Shown: positions 45,942 to 55,553, counted from the first letter of the stretch. The stretch: DNA of 64,000 bases from Fibrobacteria bacterium (GCA_035275285.1 DATENA010000271.1:53354-117353), one strand, 5' to 3'. Translations and numbers: made by a program. Notes: a model not told the origin generated them from the letters alone.

Positions 45942-46514
45942 ATGTCCGACGAACGGCACCGCGCGCTCAAACGCTGGGAGCGGGCCAGGCAACTCGCCGG
46001 CGTCCGCGGCGATCCGGACCTGGTGGGTCCGCCGGCCTATTGCCGGGTGCGCACCGCCTCGGGCGGGCCCGATCGGATCGCCGTCTTCCTCGTCGCCCTG
46101 TTCGCCAAGGATTTGACCTGCGTCAAGGCCTGCCGCGAGCCCCTTCCGGAAGGCATGCGGAACGCGTGGTGGCTGGTGCGCGGAGGCATCCGCTGGGAGG
46201 AATACCTGCGCGGCGTGGTGCGCCATTACGGCGCCGGCCTGCCGGTGCCGGCCCAATTCCAGCCCTTGCGGAAAATCGGCTCCGGAATCGTGGACCAGCT
46301 CGCGTCCCTGCCCGACGCGGCATTGCCTTCCGTATTCGCCAAAATGCGGGATTCGGGCCTGCTTCCCGCCCTTCCCGCCCTCAGCCGGGAAACCTGCCCG
46401 CAAGCCCTTCCCTGGGAGCATATCCGCGCCTGTTTCCAGGACTTCGCCGGGGAAGAAGCGACCGGGAGCCCCGCGGAGACGCCAGCGGGGATTAAGGATA
46501 GTCCACCTCGATGA
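45942..46514 (+). CDS. Hypothetical protein
   Basis: Strong SD AAAGGAGGGG sits 4 nt before the ATG at 45942. 190 aa with several Cys; no recognisable motif. Confidence 0.5.
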   Translation: MSDERHRALKRWERARQLAGVRGDPDLVGPPAYCRVRTASGGPDRIAVFLVALFAKDLTCVKACREPLPEGMRNAWWLVRGGIRWEEYLRGVVRHYGAGLPVPAQFQPLRKIGSGIVDQLASLPDAALPSVFAKMRDSGLLPALPALSRETCPQALPWEHIRACFQDFAGEEATGSPAETPAGIKDSPPR

Positions 46515-46962
46515 TGTCGTAGGCCACCGGTCCTTTCGGGGTCTGGACTTCAACGCGCCCTTCGGGCGGCATCCCCATCAGGGATTTGCCGATGGGTGAA
46601 TCCATGGAAATGCGCCCTTCCACCGGATTGATTTCGTCGACGCCGACGATTTGCACCACCATTTCCCTTCCATCCGCGCGGCGCAACCGGATGCGCGCCC
46701 CGAACACGATCTTGCCCGTTTCCCGGCCGCCCTCGACGACGGTGCTCCGGGAGATTTTCTCATCCAATTGCCGCAGGCGCCGATCGATTTCCCGCAACTT
46801 GCGCTTTCCATAGATATACTCGGCGTTCTCCGAGCGATCCCCTTGCGCGGCGGCCGCGGCGATTTCTTCCAGGAGTTTGGGACGGACCTCCCGCCAGAGA
46901 TGCTCCCACTCCTGTTTCAGGCTTTCCATGCCGTCCGGGCTGATAGGTCTCGATGCAGTCAT
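46492..46962 (-). CDS. greA: Transcription elongation factor GreA
   Basis: 156 aa with an N-terminal coiled-coil finger (MTASRPISPDGMESLKQEWEHLWREVRPKLLEEIAAAAAQGDRSENAEY) and a C-terminal FKBP-like domain. Confidence 0.9.
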   Translation of the reverse strand: MTASRPISPDGMESLKQEWEHLWREVRPKLLEEIAAAAAQGDRSENAEYIYGKRKLREIDRRLRQLDEKISRSTVVEGGRETGKIVFGARIRLRRADGREMVVQIVGVDEINPVEGRISMDSPIGKSLMGMPPEGRVEVQTPKGPVAYDIIEVDYP

Positions 46963-47097
46963 GGGTTTCCGTTCGGGAAGGAGGCGCCGTCACCGGGAAA
47001 TGGTAGTCTTGAAGAGTCGCCTAAGACAAGAGCCGCGCGCATGGAAGTATCGACGGGGGGGAGCCGTTCCGGCGGGAAGGGAGGAAAAAATTTTAGC

Positions 47098-47173
<76 letters not shown>

Positions 47174-47269
47174 ATCAGCGGGACAAAATTTAAGCCAAGC
47201 CGGCGCCTATGTCAACGATTCCCTGCGAATAGGCCGGATCCGGCGTCCGGAAAACCGGCAATCGGGGGC

Positions 47270-47869
47270 TCAACCCTTATGCGCGGCATGCTTGGGCAAG
47301 CGGAAATGGATTAAGGTGCGGTCCAGGGTGTCCCTGAACCTGAGATCCGCTTTTTCATGCATGAAAAGCGTCAGCCGGACCATGCGCTTGATGCGGGCCG
47401 GCCCGGCGACTCCCGCCTTGGCATTGCCGTCTTTGTAATAGAACTCGTCCACGGAGCTGGCTTCCACCGCGCCTCCGCGGATTTTGGACAAGCGCATGGA
47501 AGGCTTGCCGGTATCGAGGAAGTCGATCTCCACCCGGTCGGAGAGCATGCGCACCGCCCGGTCCGAGGGCTTTCCGCGGAACAGGACCTGCACCATGTAG
47601 GATTCGTATTCGCCTTTGTCCTGGCGGTCCAGGAGCACTTGCACCACCTGGCTGGAGGGATCATCGATGGTTTCCCCCGGCTTGGGAAGGAAGGTGCGGA
47701 AGCTGCGCGGCCGGACTTTCGGGGGCGCATGGTCCACCGCACCGGGCGCGGGCTTGGGAGCGGCGGGCGTATCGGTTTTGCCGTCCCCGGCGCGGGCGAA
47801 GCCGGCAGGCAGGATGGACAAAGCCGCCAGGATCCAAAGGGCCCTGAAGGGCTTTGGGATTAGGGCCAT
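47270..47869 (-). CDS. Hypothetical secreted protein
   Basis: Internal ATG at 47869 gives MALIPKPFRALWILAALSILPAGFARA (signal peptide), then a proline-rich linker and a beta-rich C-terminal domain. Confidence 0.5.
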   Translation of the reverse strand: MALIPKPFRALWILAALSILPAGFARAGDGKTDTPAAPKPAPGAVDHAPPKVRPRSFRTFLPKPGETIDDPSSQVVQVLLDRQDKGEYESYMVQVLFRGKPSDRAVRMLSDRVEIDFLDTGKPSMRLSKIRGGAVEASSVDEFYYKDGNAKAGVAGPARIKRMVRLTLFMHEKADLRFRDTLDRTLIHFRLPKHAAHKG

Positions 47870-48047
47870 CGTCGATACTCCGCGAAAGTCGAATCCGTCC
47901 GAAAAATCCCGAGGGAGTCCGATTATATACATTTTTAGGTGCGGGGAGGCTAGGAAGCCCGGCTCGGCTTGGAGCCCGGGCGCGCAGGCATGGCGGGACG
48001 AAAAAACCGCCGCCCCGCAACAAGATGATTACACTGCAACGGGACCC

Positions 48048-48812
48048 ATGGGCATAGCGATTCAAAACATGTTCGACGGCATCGCCCGCCGCTACGACTT
48101 TCTCAACCACTTCCTCAGCGCCGGACGCGATAAGGCCTGGCGCCGCAAGGCCGCCGGCTGCCTGCGGGGAGGCGGCTCGCTCAAGGTATTGGATCTATGC
48201 GGCGGCACCGGGGACTTCTGGAAAACCTGGCATGACCTGCACTCCGGATCCGCGGGAGGAACCCGCGGGACCCGGCCGGGAGCGGAGGATCAAAAATCCC
48301 AAGCCGTAATCGCGGATTTCTCCTTGGGCATGCTCCTGCAGGCGCGCAAAAAGTTCCGCTCGCCCGCGGCGGAAGGAGAGGCCGCGGCCTTCCCCGCACA
48401 CGGACCCGCCCTGGTGCGCATGGACGCCCTCAAGCCTTGCTTCAAGGAAGGAAGCTTCGATGCCGTCCTGTGCGCGTACGGCATGCGCAACCTGGATTCC
48501 ATCGCATCCGGCATCGATGAGATAGGACGATTGCTCAAGCCGGGAGGGATGTTCGTCACCTTGGAATTCTTCCGGCCCACCACGGCGTTCACGCGCCTCT
48601 TCTACAACGGCCTGGCCCCGCTTTCCATCCCGTTCCTGGGCTGGTTCTTCTCGTCGCGCCGGCAGGCCTACGCGTACCTGGTGCAATCCATCCGGGGGTT
48701 CAAATCGGTGGGGGAGTACCGCGAATGTTTCCGGGACCGCGGCTTCCGCGACGTGGACGTCATCCCCTGCGACTTCGGCATTTCCCACATCGTCACCGCA
48801 GTGAAAGGCTAG
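48048..48812 (+). CDS. ubiE: Demethylmenaquinone/ubiquinone C-methyltransferase UbiE/MenG
   Basis: N-terminal FDGIARRYDFLN signature of UbiE and SAM motif I VLDLCGGTGD. There is a 25-aa insertion after motif I. Confidence 0.8.
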   Translation: MGIAIQNMFDGIARRYDFLNHFLSAGRDKAWRRKAAGCLRGGGSLKVLDLCGGTGDFWKTWHDLHSGSAGGTRGTRPGAEDQKSQAVIADFSLGMLLQARKKFRSPAAEGEAAAFPAHGPALVRMDALKPCFKEGSFDAVLCAYGMRNLDSIASGIDEIGRLLKPGGMFVTLEFFRPTTAFTRLFYNGLAPLSIPFLGWFFSSRRQAYAYLVQSIRGFKSVGEYRECFRDRGFRDVDVIPCDFGISHIVTAVKG

Positions 48813-48818
48813 GCGCGC

Positions 48819-49373
48819 ATGGGGCGTTACGTCATCGGAGTGACCGGAGCCTCCGGCGCCGTCTACGCGGACCGGCTGGTTTCCCACCTCAAGGATCTGG
48901 ATCAGGAAGTGCATCTGGTCCTCACCGACATGGGCAAGAAGGTGTGCGCCTACGAGGGCTTCCCGGACCTGGCCAAGCGGGCCGACAGGGTGTACGACAA
49001 CAGGGACTTCTTCGCGCCGATTTCCAGCGGCTCTTATCTCCACCAGGGAATGGCCGTCGTGCCCTGTTCCATGGGGACCCTGGGAAAGATGGCCCACGGC
49101 ATAGGGGACTCGCTCCTGACCCGCGCCGCGGACGTTTGCCTGAAGGAGAAGCGGAAACTGATCATCGTGCCCCGGGAAACCCCCATGAGCGCGTTGCACC
49201 TCCAGAACCAGAAGACCCTGGCCGAGTACGGCGGCGTCATCATTCCCGCCAATCCGTCCTTCTACCACAAGCCGGCGACCATCGAGGAGCTGGTGGATAC
49301 GGTTCTGGCCCGGGTGCTGGACCACCTCGGGCTGGAGCGGCACCAGGTGGGGAAACGCTGGAAAGATCCCTAG
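48819..49373 (+). CDS. ubiX: Flavin prenyltransferase UbiX (or MqnL-like)
   Basis: YVIGVTGASGAVYA ... AVVPCSMGTLGKMAHGIGDSLLTRAADVCLKEKRKLIIVPRETP, matching the UbiX/Pad1 flavoprotein signature. 184 aa. Confidence 0.85.
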   Translation: MGRYVIGVTGASGAVYADRLVSHLKDLDQEVHLVLTDMGKKVCAYEGFPDLAKRADRVYDNRDFFAPISSGSYLHQGMAVVPCSMGTLGKMAHGIGDSLLTRAADVCLKEKRKLIIVPRETPMSALHLQNQKTLAEYGGVIIPANPSFYHKPATIEELVDTVLARVLDHLGLERHQVGKRWKDP

Positions 49374-49624
49374 CACACCCATGCGCTCCGGGCCTTCCCC
49401 GGGGCCGGAAACGCCATATTTGGTTTTCATTCCGAAAACGACCGGAACGCGCGCCTTCCGGGTCCGTTTCCATAACACCTTGTTCATTGGATAGTTATGG
49501 GAACTTTGGAATCCAAGAGTTTTCAACCGGCATCGTAAATGCCCCGGTTGATGTCCCATGCTGAAAACGCCTGCCCAAGAGGTGGATTGGGGGGTAGATT
49601 GGAACAGGGGATGGAGAGCGGCAT

Positions 49625-50464
49625 ATGGTGAACATCTTCGAATACATGGACTACCGGCAGTTCCTGCAGGAGTATTACACCGAACGCAAGGCCCAGAATC
49701 CCGCTTTCTCCTACGAGGTGTTCGCCCGCAAGGCCGGGTTCAAATCCAAGGGCTTCCTCCACCATATCCTGACGGGCAAACGCAACCTGTCGAAGAACGC
49801 CATGTTCGCCATCTCGACGGCCATGGGATTGGATGAAAAGGCCTTCTCCTTCTTCCAGAACATGGTCGCGTTCAATCAGGCCAAATCCCAAGGCGAGAAG
49901 GCTTTCTTCTTCAAGAAGCTCATGGAAACGAGCCCCAAAAGCCCCGCCAAGCTCCTGCAGGAAGGCTTTTACGAATTCTATTCGCATTGGTATTACAACA
50001 CCGTTCGGGAATTGATTACCTTGGTACGGTTCAAAGAGGACTACGCGCTTTTGGGAAGCCTGCTCAACCCGCCTATTTCCGCCGCCCAGGCCAAGAAAGC
50101 CGTGCAGCTCCTGCTCCAATTGGGGTTGGTGGAAAAGACCCGCACCGGATACAACGCCACCCATCAGGCCATCACCACGGGCGACGAGGCCCAAACCATG
50201 GCCACGCGGGACTTCCACGGCCAGAACATGGACCTGGCCAGGACGGCCATGGACACGGCGGATCCGGAGGAGCGCGATCTGTCCTGCCTGATAGTCGCCC
50301 TGCCGGAAGCGGGATTCCAATCCTTGAAATCCGAGATCCAGGCCTTCCGCAAGAAGCTCATGCGCATGGCGGACGGAATGACCGGCCCCAACCGCATCTA
50401 CCATATCAACTTCCAGTTTTTCCCCACCACCAAGAACCTGGCGGGCAAAGAGGGAGGGTCATGA
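49625..50464 (+). CDS. TIGR02147-family protein (Fibrobacter succinogenes major paralogous family-like)
   Basis: N-terminus MVNIFEYMDYRQFLQEYYTERKAQNPAFSYEVFARKAGFKSKGFLHHILTGKRNLS matches my recollection of the family's opening block (IFxYxDYRxFLxDYY...FSYRxFxxKAGFxS). 279 aa. Confidence 0.55.
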   Translation: MVNIFEYMDYRQFLQEYYTERKAQNPAFSYEVFARKAGFKSKGFLHHILTGKRNLSKNAMFAISTAMGLDEKAFSFFQNMVAFNQAKSQGEKAFFFKKLMETSPKSPAKLLQEGFYEFYSHWYYNTVRELITLVRFKEDYALLGSLLNPPISAAQAKKAVQLLLQLGLVEKTRTGYNATHQAITTGDEAQTMATRDFHGQNMDLARTAMDTADPEERDLSCLIVALPEAGFQSLKSEIQAFRKKLMRMADGMTGPNRIYHINFQFFPTTKNLAGKEGGS

Positions 50465-52182
50465 AAAGGAGCTTCCTTTCCCGGGCTTTCCGCCCGCGGG
50501 CCCTCGCCTGGACGGGAGCCGCTTTGCTCCTCGCCTGCGGTTCGGACCGGCTCGCCTCGTCCGAAATCGGGAACCCTCCCAAACGCGGCACGGTCTTGGG
50601 GATCATCTACAAGGAGAACGGGGAACCCGCGCCCGGGACGCGCGTGGGGCTGCTCCGCACCAACTACGATCCGGTCCGGGACACGGGATCCCGCATCCGG
50701 TTCGATACCACGGACGAGGAAGGGGCCTTCTCGATCGATAGCGTGGATTCCGGCAGCTACAATATCCAGGCCCTCCAGCTTTCCGCCCGCACCCGGCTGC
50801 TCATCCAGGGCGTGGAGGTGCGTTCCGACACCACCGTGGCCTCCGCGCGCCGGTACCTGCAGGAGCCCGGCACCATCTCGATCCTGATCCCGGACTCGGT
50901 TCCGACCAAGAATGCCTATGTCTACCTGCAGGGAACCGATGTATACGCGCCCACCTCATCCTTGAAGGGGGAATCCCGCCTGGTCCTTCTGGATTCGGTG
51001 CCCGCGGGCATGAGTCCCGAGATCACCTACCGCTCTTCCCCCGCGGACTCCGCGGCGCCGGGCAACCGCGTCCGCCTTTCCGAAGGCGTGAACGTGATGT
51101 CCGGAGACACCGTTCCGGCCTCGATCCTGCAGGAATGGCCTTACTCCTCCCGTATCTTCCTCAACACCACTTCCACGGGCGCGAACATGAAGACCTTGCC
51201 CGTCCACGGCTTTCCCGCCCTCGTGCGCCTTGGGCCGGGCGCTTCGGTCTTCGCCGCGGCGGCCGAAGACGGCCGCGACGTCCGCTTCACGAAACCGGAC
51301 GGGGCGTCGCTCCGCCATGAGATCGAAAGCTGGGACAGGGCCGCTTCCCAGGCGGCCATCTGGGTCTGGCTGGATACGGTCCGGCACAACGACAGCGGCC
51401 AGTATATCCGCATGTACTGGGGCAACCCCTCCGCTCCTGCGCCCGCGATGAAGCCGGTGTTCGACACGGCTTCCGGCTATCAGAGCGTCTGGCACATGGA
51501 GGCCATGAAGGCGGGGAGCCCGCCCACGCTCAGGGACCATTCCCCTTCCGGAAACACGCTTTCGGCCGGGGGCGGACTGTCCGCGGCGAACCTGACCGCG
51601 TCGCCCATGGGAACGGGCCTGGAACTGAGCGGGGATTCCACCACCCTGTACACGTCCAAGAGTTTCGAAAGTCCCCGGTTTTTCACCATTTCCTTGTGGT
51701 TCAAGACCGCCACCAGCGGCGGGGGAAAGCTGATCGGATTCGGGGAGGACCCCTTGATGGTCGATACGTCCCGGGACCGCCATCTCTGGATGGACACCTT
51801 GGGCAAGGTCCATTTCGGCGTCTATTCCAAGGTGGGCAAAGGGCCGCCGGACATCCTCAGCGGCTCCAAGGCCCTCAATGACGGCCAATGGCACATGGTG
51901 GCCGGGGTGCTCTGGCCCGGAGGCATGGTGCTTTACGTGGACGGGAACAAGGCAGAGGAGACTCCGGACGTGACCTCCGCGCAAGCGTACCCCAGGGGAT
52001 ATTGGAAGCTGGGTTTCGATTTCAAATTCTACGATTGGCCCTTCGCCCCCAAGGATCTGTATTTCAAAGGCGTCCTGGACGAGGTGCGCGTGACCAACAA
52101 GTCGCTTCCCAAGGAGTGGTTCAAACTGGCCTACGAAAGCCAAAAGCCGGACAGCCGTTTCCTGCGTTTCGATAAACGCTGA
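50461..52182 (+). CDS. Lipoprotein with a carboxypeptidase-regulatory-like Ig domain and a C-terminal LamG/concanavalin-like domain
   Basis: ATG at 50461 in an ATGA overlap with the TIGR02147 gene stop. Signal/lipobox ALLLACGS, then GTVLGIIYKENGEPAPGTRVGLL (CarbopepD_reg-like). The C-terminal roughly 200 aa resembles a LamG/DUF2341-type jelly-roll (GGGKLIGFG ... WHMVAGVL ... LYVDGN). Confidence 0.6.
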   Translation: MKRSFLSRAFRPRALAWTGAALLLACGSDRLASSEIGNPPKRGTVLGIIYKENGEPAPGTRVGLLRTNYDPVRDTGSRIRFDTTDEEGAFSIDSVDSGSYNIQALQLSARTRLLIQGVEVRSDTTVASARRYLQEPGTISILIPDSVPTKNAYVYLQGTDVYAPTSSLKGESRLVLLDSVPAGMSPEITYRSSPADSAAPGNRVRLSEGVNVMSGDTVPASILQEWPYSSRIFLNTTSTGANMKTLPVHGFPALVRLGPGASVFAAAAEDGRDVRFTKPDGASLRHEIESWDRAASQAAIWVWLDTVRHNDSGQYIRMYWGNPSAPAPAMKPVFDTASGYQSVWHMEAMKAGSPPTLRDHSPSGNTLSAGGGLSAANLTASPMGTGLELSGDSTTLYTSKSFESPRFFTISLWFKTATSGGGKLIGFGEDPLMVDTSRDRHLWMDTLGKVHFGVYSKVGKGPPDILSGSKALNDGQWHMVAGVLWPGGMVLYVDGNKAEETPDVTSAQAYPRGYWKLGFDFKFYDWPFAPKDLYFKGVLDEVRVTNKSLPKEWFKLAYESQKPDSRFLRFDKR

Positions 52183-52204
52183 GGGGAATGCTACTTTTCC
52201 GCCC

Positions 52205-53065
52205 ATGCCCATCGCCAACGCCCTGAACCCCAGGCATTACCTGGGGCTCGTCCGCTTTTCCCACACCCTCTTCGCCATGCCGTTCGCCCTGGCCTCCATG
52301 GTCTGGGCGGCCCAAGGCCTCCCGACCCTGCGGGTCTTCCTGCTCATCGTGCTCTGCATGATCACGTGCCGCAACGCCGCCATGGCCTTCAACCGCCTCA
52401 TCGACGCGGACATCGACAAGGACAATCCCCGCACCGCCCGGCGCCATCTGCCCGCCGGCATCCTGAGCCGGGGCCAGGTCGCGGCGTTCCTCGTCCTCAA
52501 TGCCCTGGTCTTCATCGCCGCCACCTGGTTCGTGAACCGGCTCGCCTTCGCCCTGGCCGTTCCCGCCTTGATCGTCGTATGCGGGTATTCCCTCACCAAA
52601 CGGTTCACGTCCCTGTCCCACTTCTTCCTGGGACTGGCCATCGGCATTTCCCCGGTGGGGGCGTGGATAGCCGTCCGGGGAGGCTTCGCCTGGGAGCCCA
52701 TTCTCCTGTGCCTGGCCCTGCTGCTGTGGATCGGCGGGTTCGACATCATCTACGCCACCCAGGATCATGAATTCGACAAGCAACGGGGACTGCACTCCCT
52801 GGTGGTCCGCTTCGGAGTGAAGGGGGGGCTCCTGGTTTCCAAGCTGTCCCATTCGGCGATGTGGGGGGTGCTGCTCGGCTTGGGTTGGTACGGAGGCTTG
52901 GGCATGCCGTATCGCATCTGCCTGGCGGTGGTGGGGGCCATGCTCCTCTATCTCCACCTGTTCCGCCGCAGCGATTCCCTGGACTCGATGAACCAGGATT
53001 TCTTCCTGGCCAATATCGCCGTGAGCCTGTGCGTGATGGTGGGAATCGGGGGGTGTTTCCTTTAG
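52205..53065 (+). CDS. UbiA-family aromatic prenyltransferase (UbiA/MenA/MqnP-like)
   Basis: Asp-rich motifs NRLIDADIDKDNPRTARR and YATQDHEFD, and about 8 predicted TM helices. 286 aa. Confidence 0.8.
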   Translation: MPIANALNPRHYLGLVRFSHTLFAMPFALASMVWAAQGLPTLRVFLLIVLCMITCRNAAMAFNRLIDADIDKDNPRTARRHLPAGILSRGQVAAFLVLNALVFIAATWFVNRLAFALAVPALIVVCGYSLTKRFTSLSHFFLGLAIGISPVGAWIAVRGGFAWEPILLCLALLLWIGGFDIIYATQDHEFDKQRGLHSLVVRFGVKGGLLVSKLSHSAMWGVLLGLGWYGGLGMPYRICLAVVGAMLLYLHLFRRSDSLDSMNQDFFLANIAVSLCVMVGIGGCFL

Positions 53066-53183
53066 ACCGGTCTTGTATAAGACCTACAGTCCAAAGAGCG
53101 GTTGGATCGGAAACGTTGTCACTTCGTCAGGGTGATCCCGTCGGGAGTACGGGCCAGGCCCTGGTATCGCTGCTGCGCCCCTC

Positions 53184-53285
53184 GGAGTCGGGAGTCGGGA
53201 GTTGAAGAAAAGAGAAAGCATGCCGGGCATGCTCCCAGGCCGGTTTTCACGGCCTCTTTTCTTCAACTCCCGACCCCCGACTCCC
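53184..53285. terminator. Very long imperfect hairpin (about 31-bp stem, 39-nt loop with an inner palindrome) between convergent genes
   Basis: Left arm GGAGTCGGGAGTCGGGAGTTGAAGAAAAGAG (53184-53214). Right arm CTCTTTTCTTCAACTCCCGACCCCCGACTCCC (53254-53285). There is one mismatch, and the loop contains GCATGCCGGGCATGC. It lies between the ubiA-family gene (+) and a small outer-membrane-protein (OMP) gene (-). Confidence 0.45.
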
Positions 53286-53349
53286 GACTTGATGCCGCCC
53301 CAAGCTCCAGCTTCTCACTCCCCCAACAAGCTTCCCACATGGCTCTCTT

Positions 53350-53895
53350 TCAGAATGGGATTCCCACCGCAAAATGCCCCATCGGCACCAACCCGCTGGT
53401 GTGGTTGTCCCGGGAGCTCCAATTCCCCCGCGTGACATCGGCCTTGTAGAAGGCCATGCCGACTCCCGTTTCCATGGCGGCCACGCTCCAGCGCCATTTG
53501 TAGCCCATGCGCAGGCTGGGGACGGCCACCACCAGGTTCGCGGGTTCATCGGGGCCCGAGGCGAAGCGATGGATGTTGACGACTTCGATTTCCGGCGATA
53601 CGAAGGTGCCTTTCCCCGCGTCCACCAGGTAGCGGCGCACGCCGAACCCGGAACCGGTGAACAAGGTGGCGTTATCGTAGACGCGCTCGGAGTACCCCAG
53701 GTAGAAGGGGATTTCCATGGCCCAGCGATCGTCGCCGAAGGATTTCTCATAGGCCACGTGCAGGCCGGAAATGGCCAGGCTCAGGATGGGATGCACCATG
53801 AAGGCATCGGTCTTGGGCTGCGCGGCCCCAGGGGAGGCCAGCAGGCCGGCCAGGGCGGTGGCGGAGAACAGGGAACTGAGGGGATGCATATTCAT
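53350..53895 (-). CDS. Small outer-membrane beta-barrel-like protein (paralog A)
   Basis: From the ATG at 53895: MNMHPLSSLFSATALAGLLASPGAAQ (signal peptide). Alternating hydrophobic strands and an aromatic C-terminus (HFAVGIPF). About 181 aa. Confidence 0.55.
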   Translation of the reverse strand: MNMHPLSSLFSATALAGLLASPGAAQPKTDAFMVHPILSLAISGLHVAYEKSFGDDRWAMEIPFYLGYSERVYDNATLFTGSGFGVRRYLVDAGKGTFVSPEIEVVNIHRFASGPDEPANLVVAVPSLRMGYKWRWSVAAMETGVGMAFYKADVTRGNWSSRDNHTSGLVPMGHFAVGIPF

Positions 53896-53912
53896 TGCCT
53901 TTCCTGCGGATC

Positions 53913-54512
53913 CTAGAAGCCGAACGTTTGCGCGCTGAAAGGGAAGCCTACGTTGGCGGAGCCGATGAAGTTGGTGTACTTCTCGGCATCCTGGGCATAG
54001 AAAGCGCCGCCACCGCTCAGGTCCAGCGTGAATTGCCGCCAACCCCATTTGTATCCGAAGGAGAGCTGGGTGATGGACAGGAAGTCCCTTTTGACGGAAT
54101 TGCCGTCGGGATGGTAGATGGAATTGCCGTTGATGTCGTACGAGTAATAGCCGCCGTCATGGTTGCGCGCGTAGCTTTTGATGTAATCCGTCTGGCCCGT
54201 GATATAGCTGCCCTTGAAGGGGTTGCCGAAGTATTTGCGGATGCCCAGGCCGGCGCCGATCCCCACGTCCTTTTCGAACTCGTCTTCCAGGTATCCCGCG
54301 TGCAATGGAATGAGCAGGGAGTACCCGCTTTCCGAGAGGGAGCGTTCGTAGGCCACCGAGATGATGGGGAAGTCCAGCATTCCCGAACTCGCGAACATGG
54401 TGAGCGGAGACGCGAAGATGGCGTTCCGGTTGTTGTCCGGGACCGCCTCGCCGAACGCCATCGCCGAACATACGGTGAGGGCGGCGAGGGGGGAAATCAG
54501 CTTGAGTTTCAT
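53913..54512 (-). CDS. Small outer-membrane beta-barrel-like protein (paralog B)
   Basis: From the ATG at 54512: MKLKLISPLAALTVCSAMAFGE (signal peptide). It shares blocks with paralog A (SFGYKWGW vs RMGYKWRW) and has a C-terminal Phe. Confidence 0.55.
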   Translation of the reverse strand: MKLKLISPLAALTVCSAMAFGEAVPDNNRNAIFASPLTMFASSGMLDFPIISVAYERSLSESGYSLLIPLHAGYLEDEFEKDVGIGAGLGIRKYFGNPFKGSYITGQTDYIKSYARNHDGGYYSYDINGNSIYHPDGNSVKRDFLSITQLSFGYKWGWRQFTLDLSGGGAFYAQDAEKYTNFIGSANVGFPFSAQTFGF

Positions 54513-54714
54513 GGGAACTCTCCTTCTGGAGGGAAAGGCAATGCAAATGCCGGGCCAGGCCGAATCCGGCGCGCCTCGGCCCGGAATGAAGGAATCCGGA
54601 GCGGCGCCGGAAGCGACTGCGCAGGGATTTGCGCGCTCCGGGCAGATTCGGTAAAGGGTATTGCGCAATACGGACCGGGGTGTCCGGTTGTCCCGGCAGA
54701 CCGCCGTCCCGGAA

Positions 54715-55521
54715 TCAAGCCGCCGGCTGCCAGCCCCGCTGCCGCTTGTAGTTGATCCATTTCATATAGCCCTGGGCGATGACCTTCCAGCCGATGACGC
54801 CCATTTCCGCCGCGCCCAGGGAACGGCCCGCTACCCGGGCGCGGCCGGCCTTGATGGCCCGCAGGATGCTGACGGCATCTTTGGCGCATTCCACCTCGCT
54901 CCAGGTCTTGCCGAATTGCTCCAGGGTATGGGTGTCCGAGTTGCCGACCAGGGGCAGGCCGAGCGTGCGGGCGGCCGCCACCGCCTTGGCATTGGGGTTC
55001 CAATAGCGGTGGAAGAAACCGGATACCTCCACGGCATCGAACAGCTCCTTGTGGTCCCAGAACTTCTCCTGCAGGGCCACGCCGCTGGGGAAGAAGGGAT
55101 GAGGGGCGATGACCAGGCTCTCCGGCGCGCCCGAACGGGCCAGCTCGGCCTTGACCCGGGCCAGGTCCGCGAAGGTGCGGATGCCTTCGGAAGCCTCCCG
55201 GGGGAAATTGAGGAGCAGGACATGGCTGTTCTCGATATCCTGCTCCACTCCGGGGACGAGAAGGATGCCGCGCTCGGAAGCATATCGCTCCGCCTCACGG
55301 CTGTAAAACTGCCTGGTATGCAGGGTTATGGACAAGGCATCATATCCCAGTCCGGCCGCTTTGTCCAAAAGTTCGAAAACCGTATGGTACACGTGATGAT
55401 CGACGGGATCGTCCAAAGTGTGCAGGTGGAAATCGAATTTGAGGCGCTTTGGGGTGGATACCGGGGGTGCCAAGACGTCCAAGGCTCCGGCAGGCGCTTC
55501 CGGAGGGGGCGATCCGCTCAT
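54715..55521 (-). CDS. PHP-domain metal-dependent phosphoesterase
   Basis: N-terminal HxH metal site (FDFHLHTLDD), the further conserved His/Asp residues of the PHP fold, and NSDTHTLE near the C-terminus. Confidence 0.7.
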   Translation of the reverse strand: MSGSPPPEAPAGALDVLAPPVSTPKRLKFDFHLHTLDDPVDHHVYHTVFELLDKAAGLGYDALSITLHTRQFYSREAERYASERGILLVPGVEQDIENSHVLLLNFPREASEGIRTFADLARVKAELARSGAPESLVIAPHPFFPSGVALQEKFWDHKELFDAVEVSGFFHRYWNPNAKAVAAARTLGLPLVGNSDTHTLEQFGKTWSEVECAKDAVSILRAIKAGRARVAGRSLGAAEMGVIGWKVIAQGYMKWINYKRQRGWQPAA

Positions 55522-55553
55522 ATGCGTTTCAAATCTATTTTATAAGACGAGCA

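Noticed and set aside
53102-53449. Small + strand ORFs across the long hairpin
   Set aside because: They are generated by the palindromic arms and have no SD or motifs.
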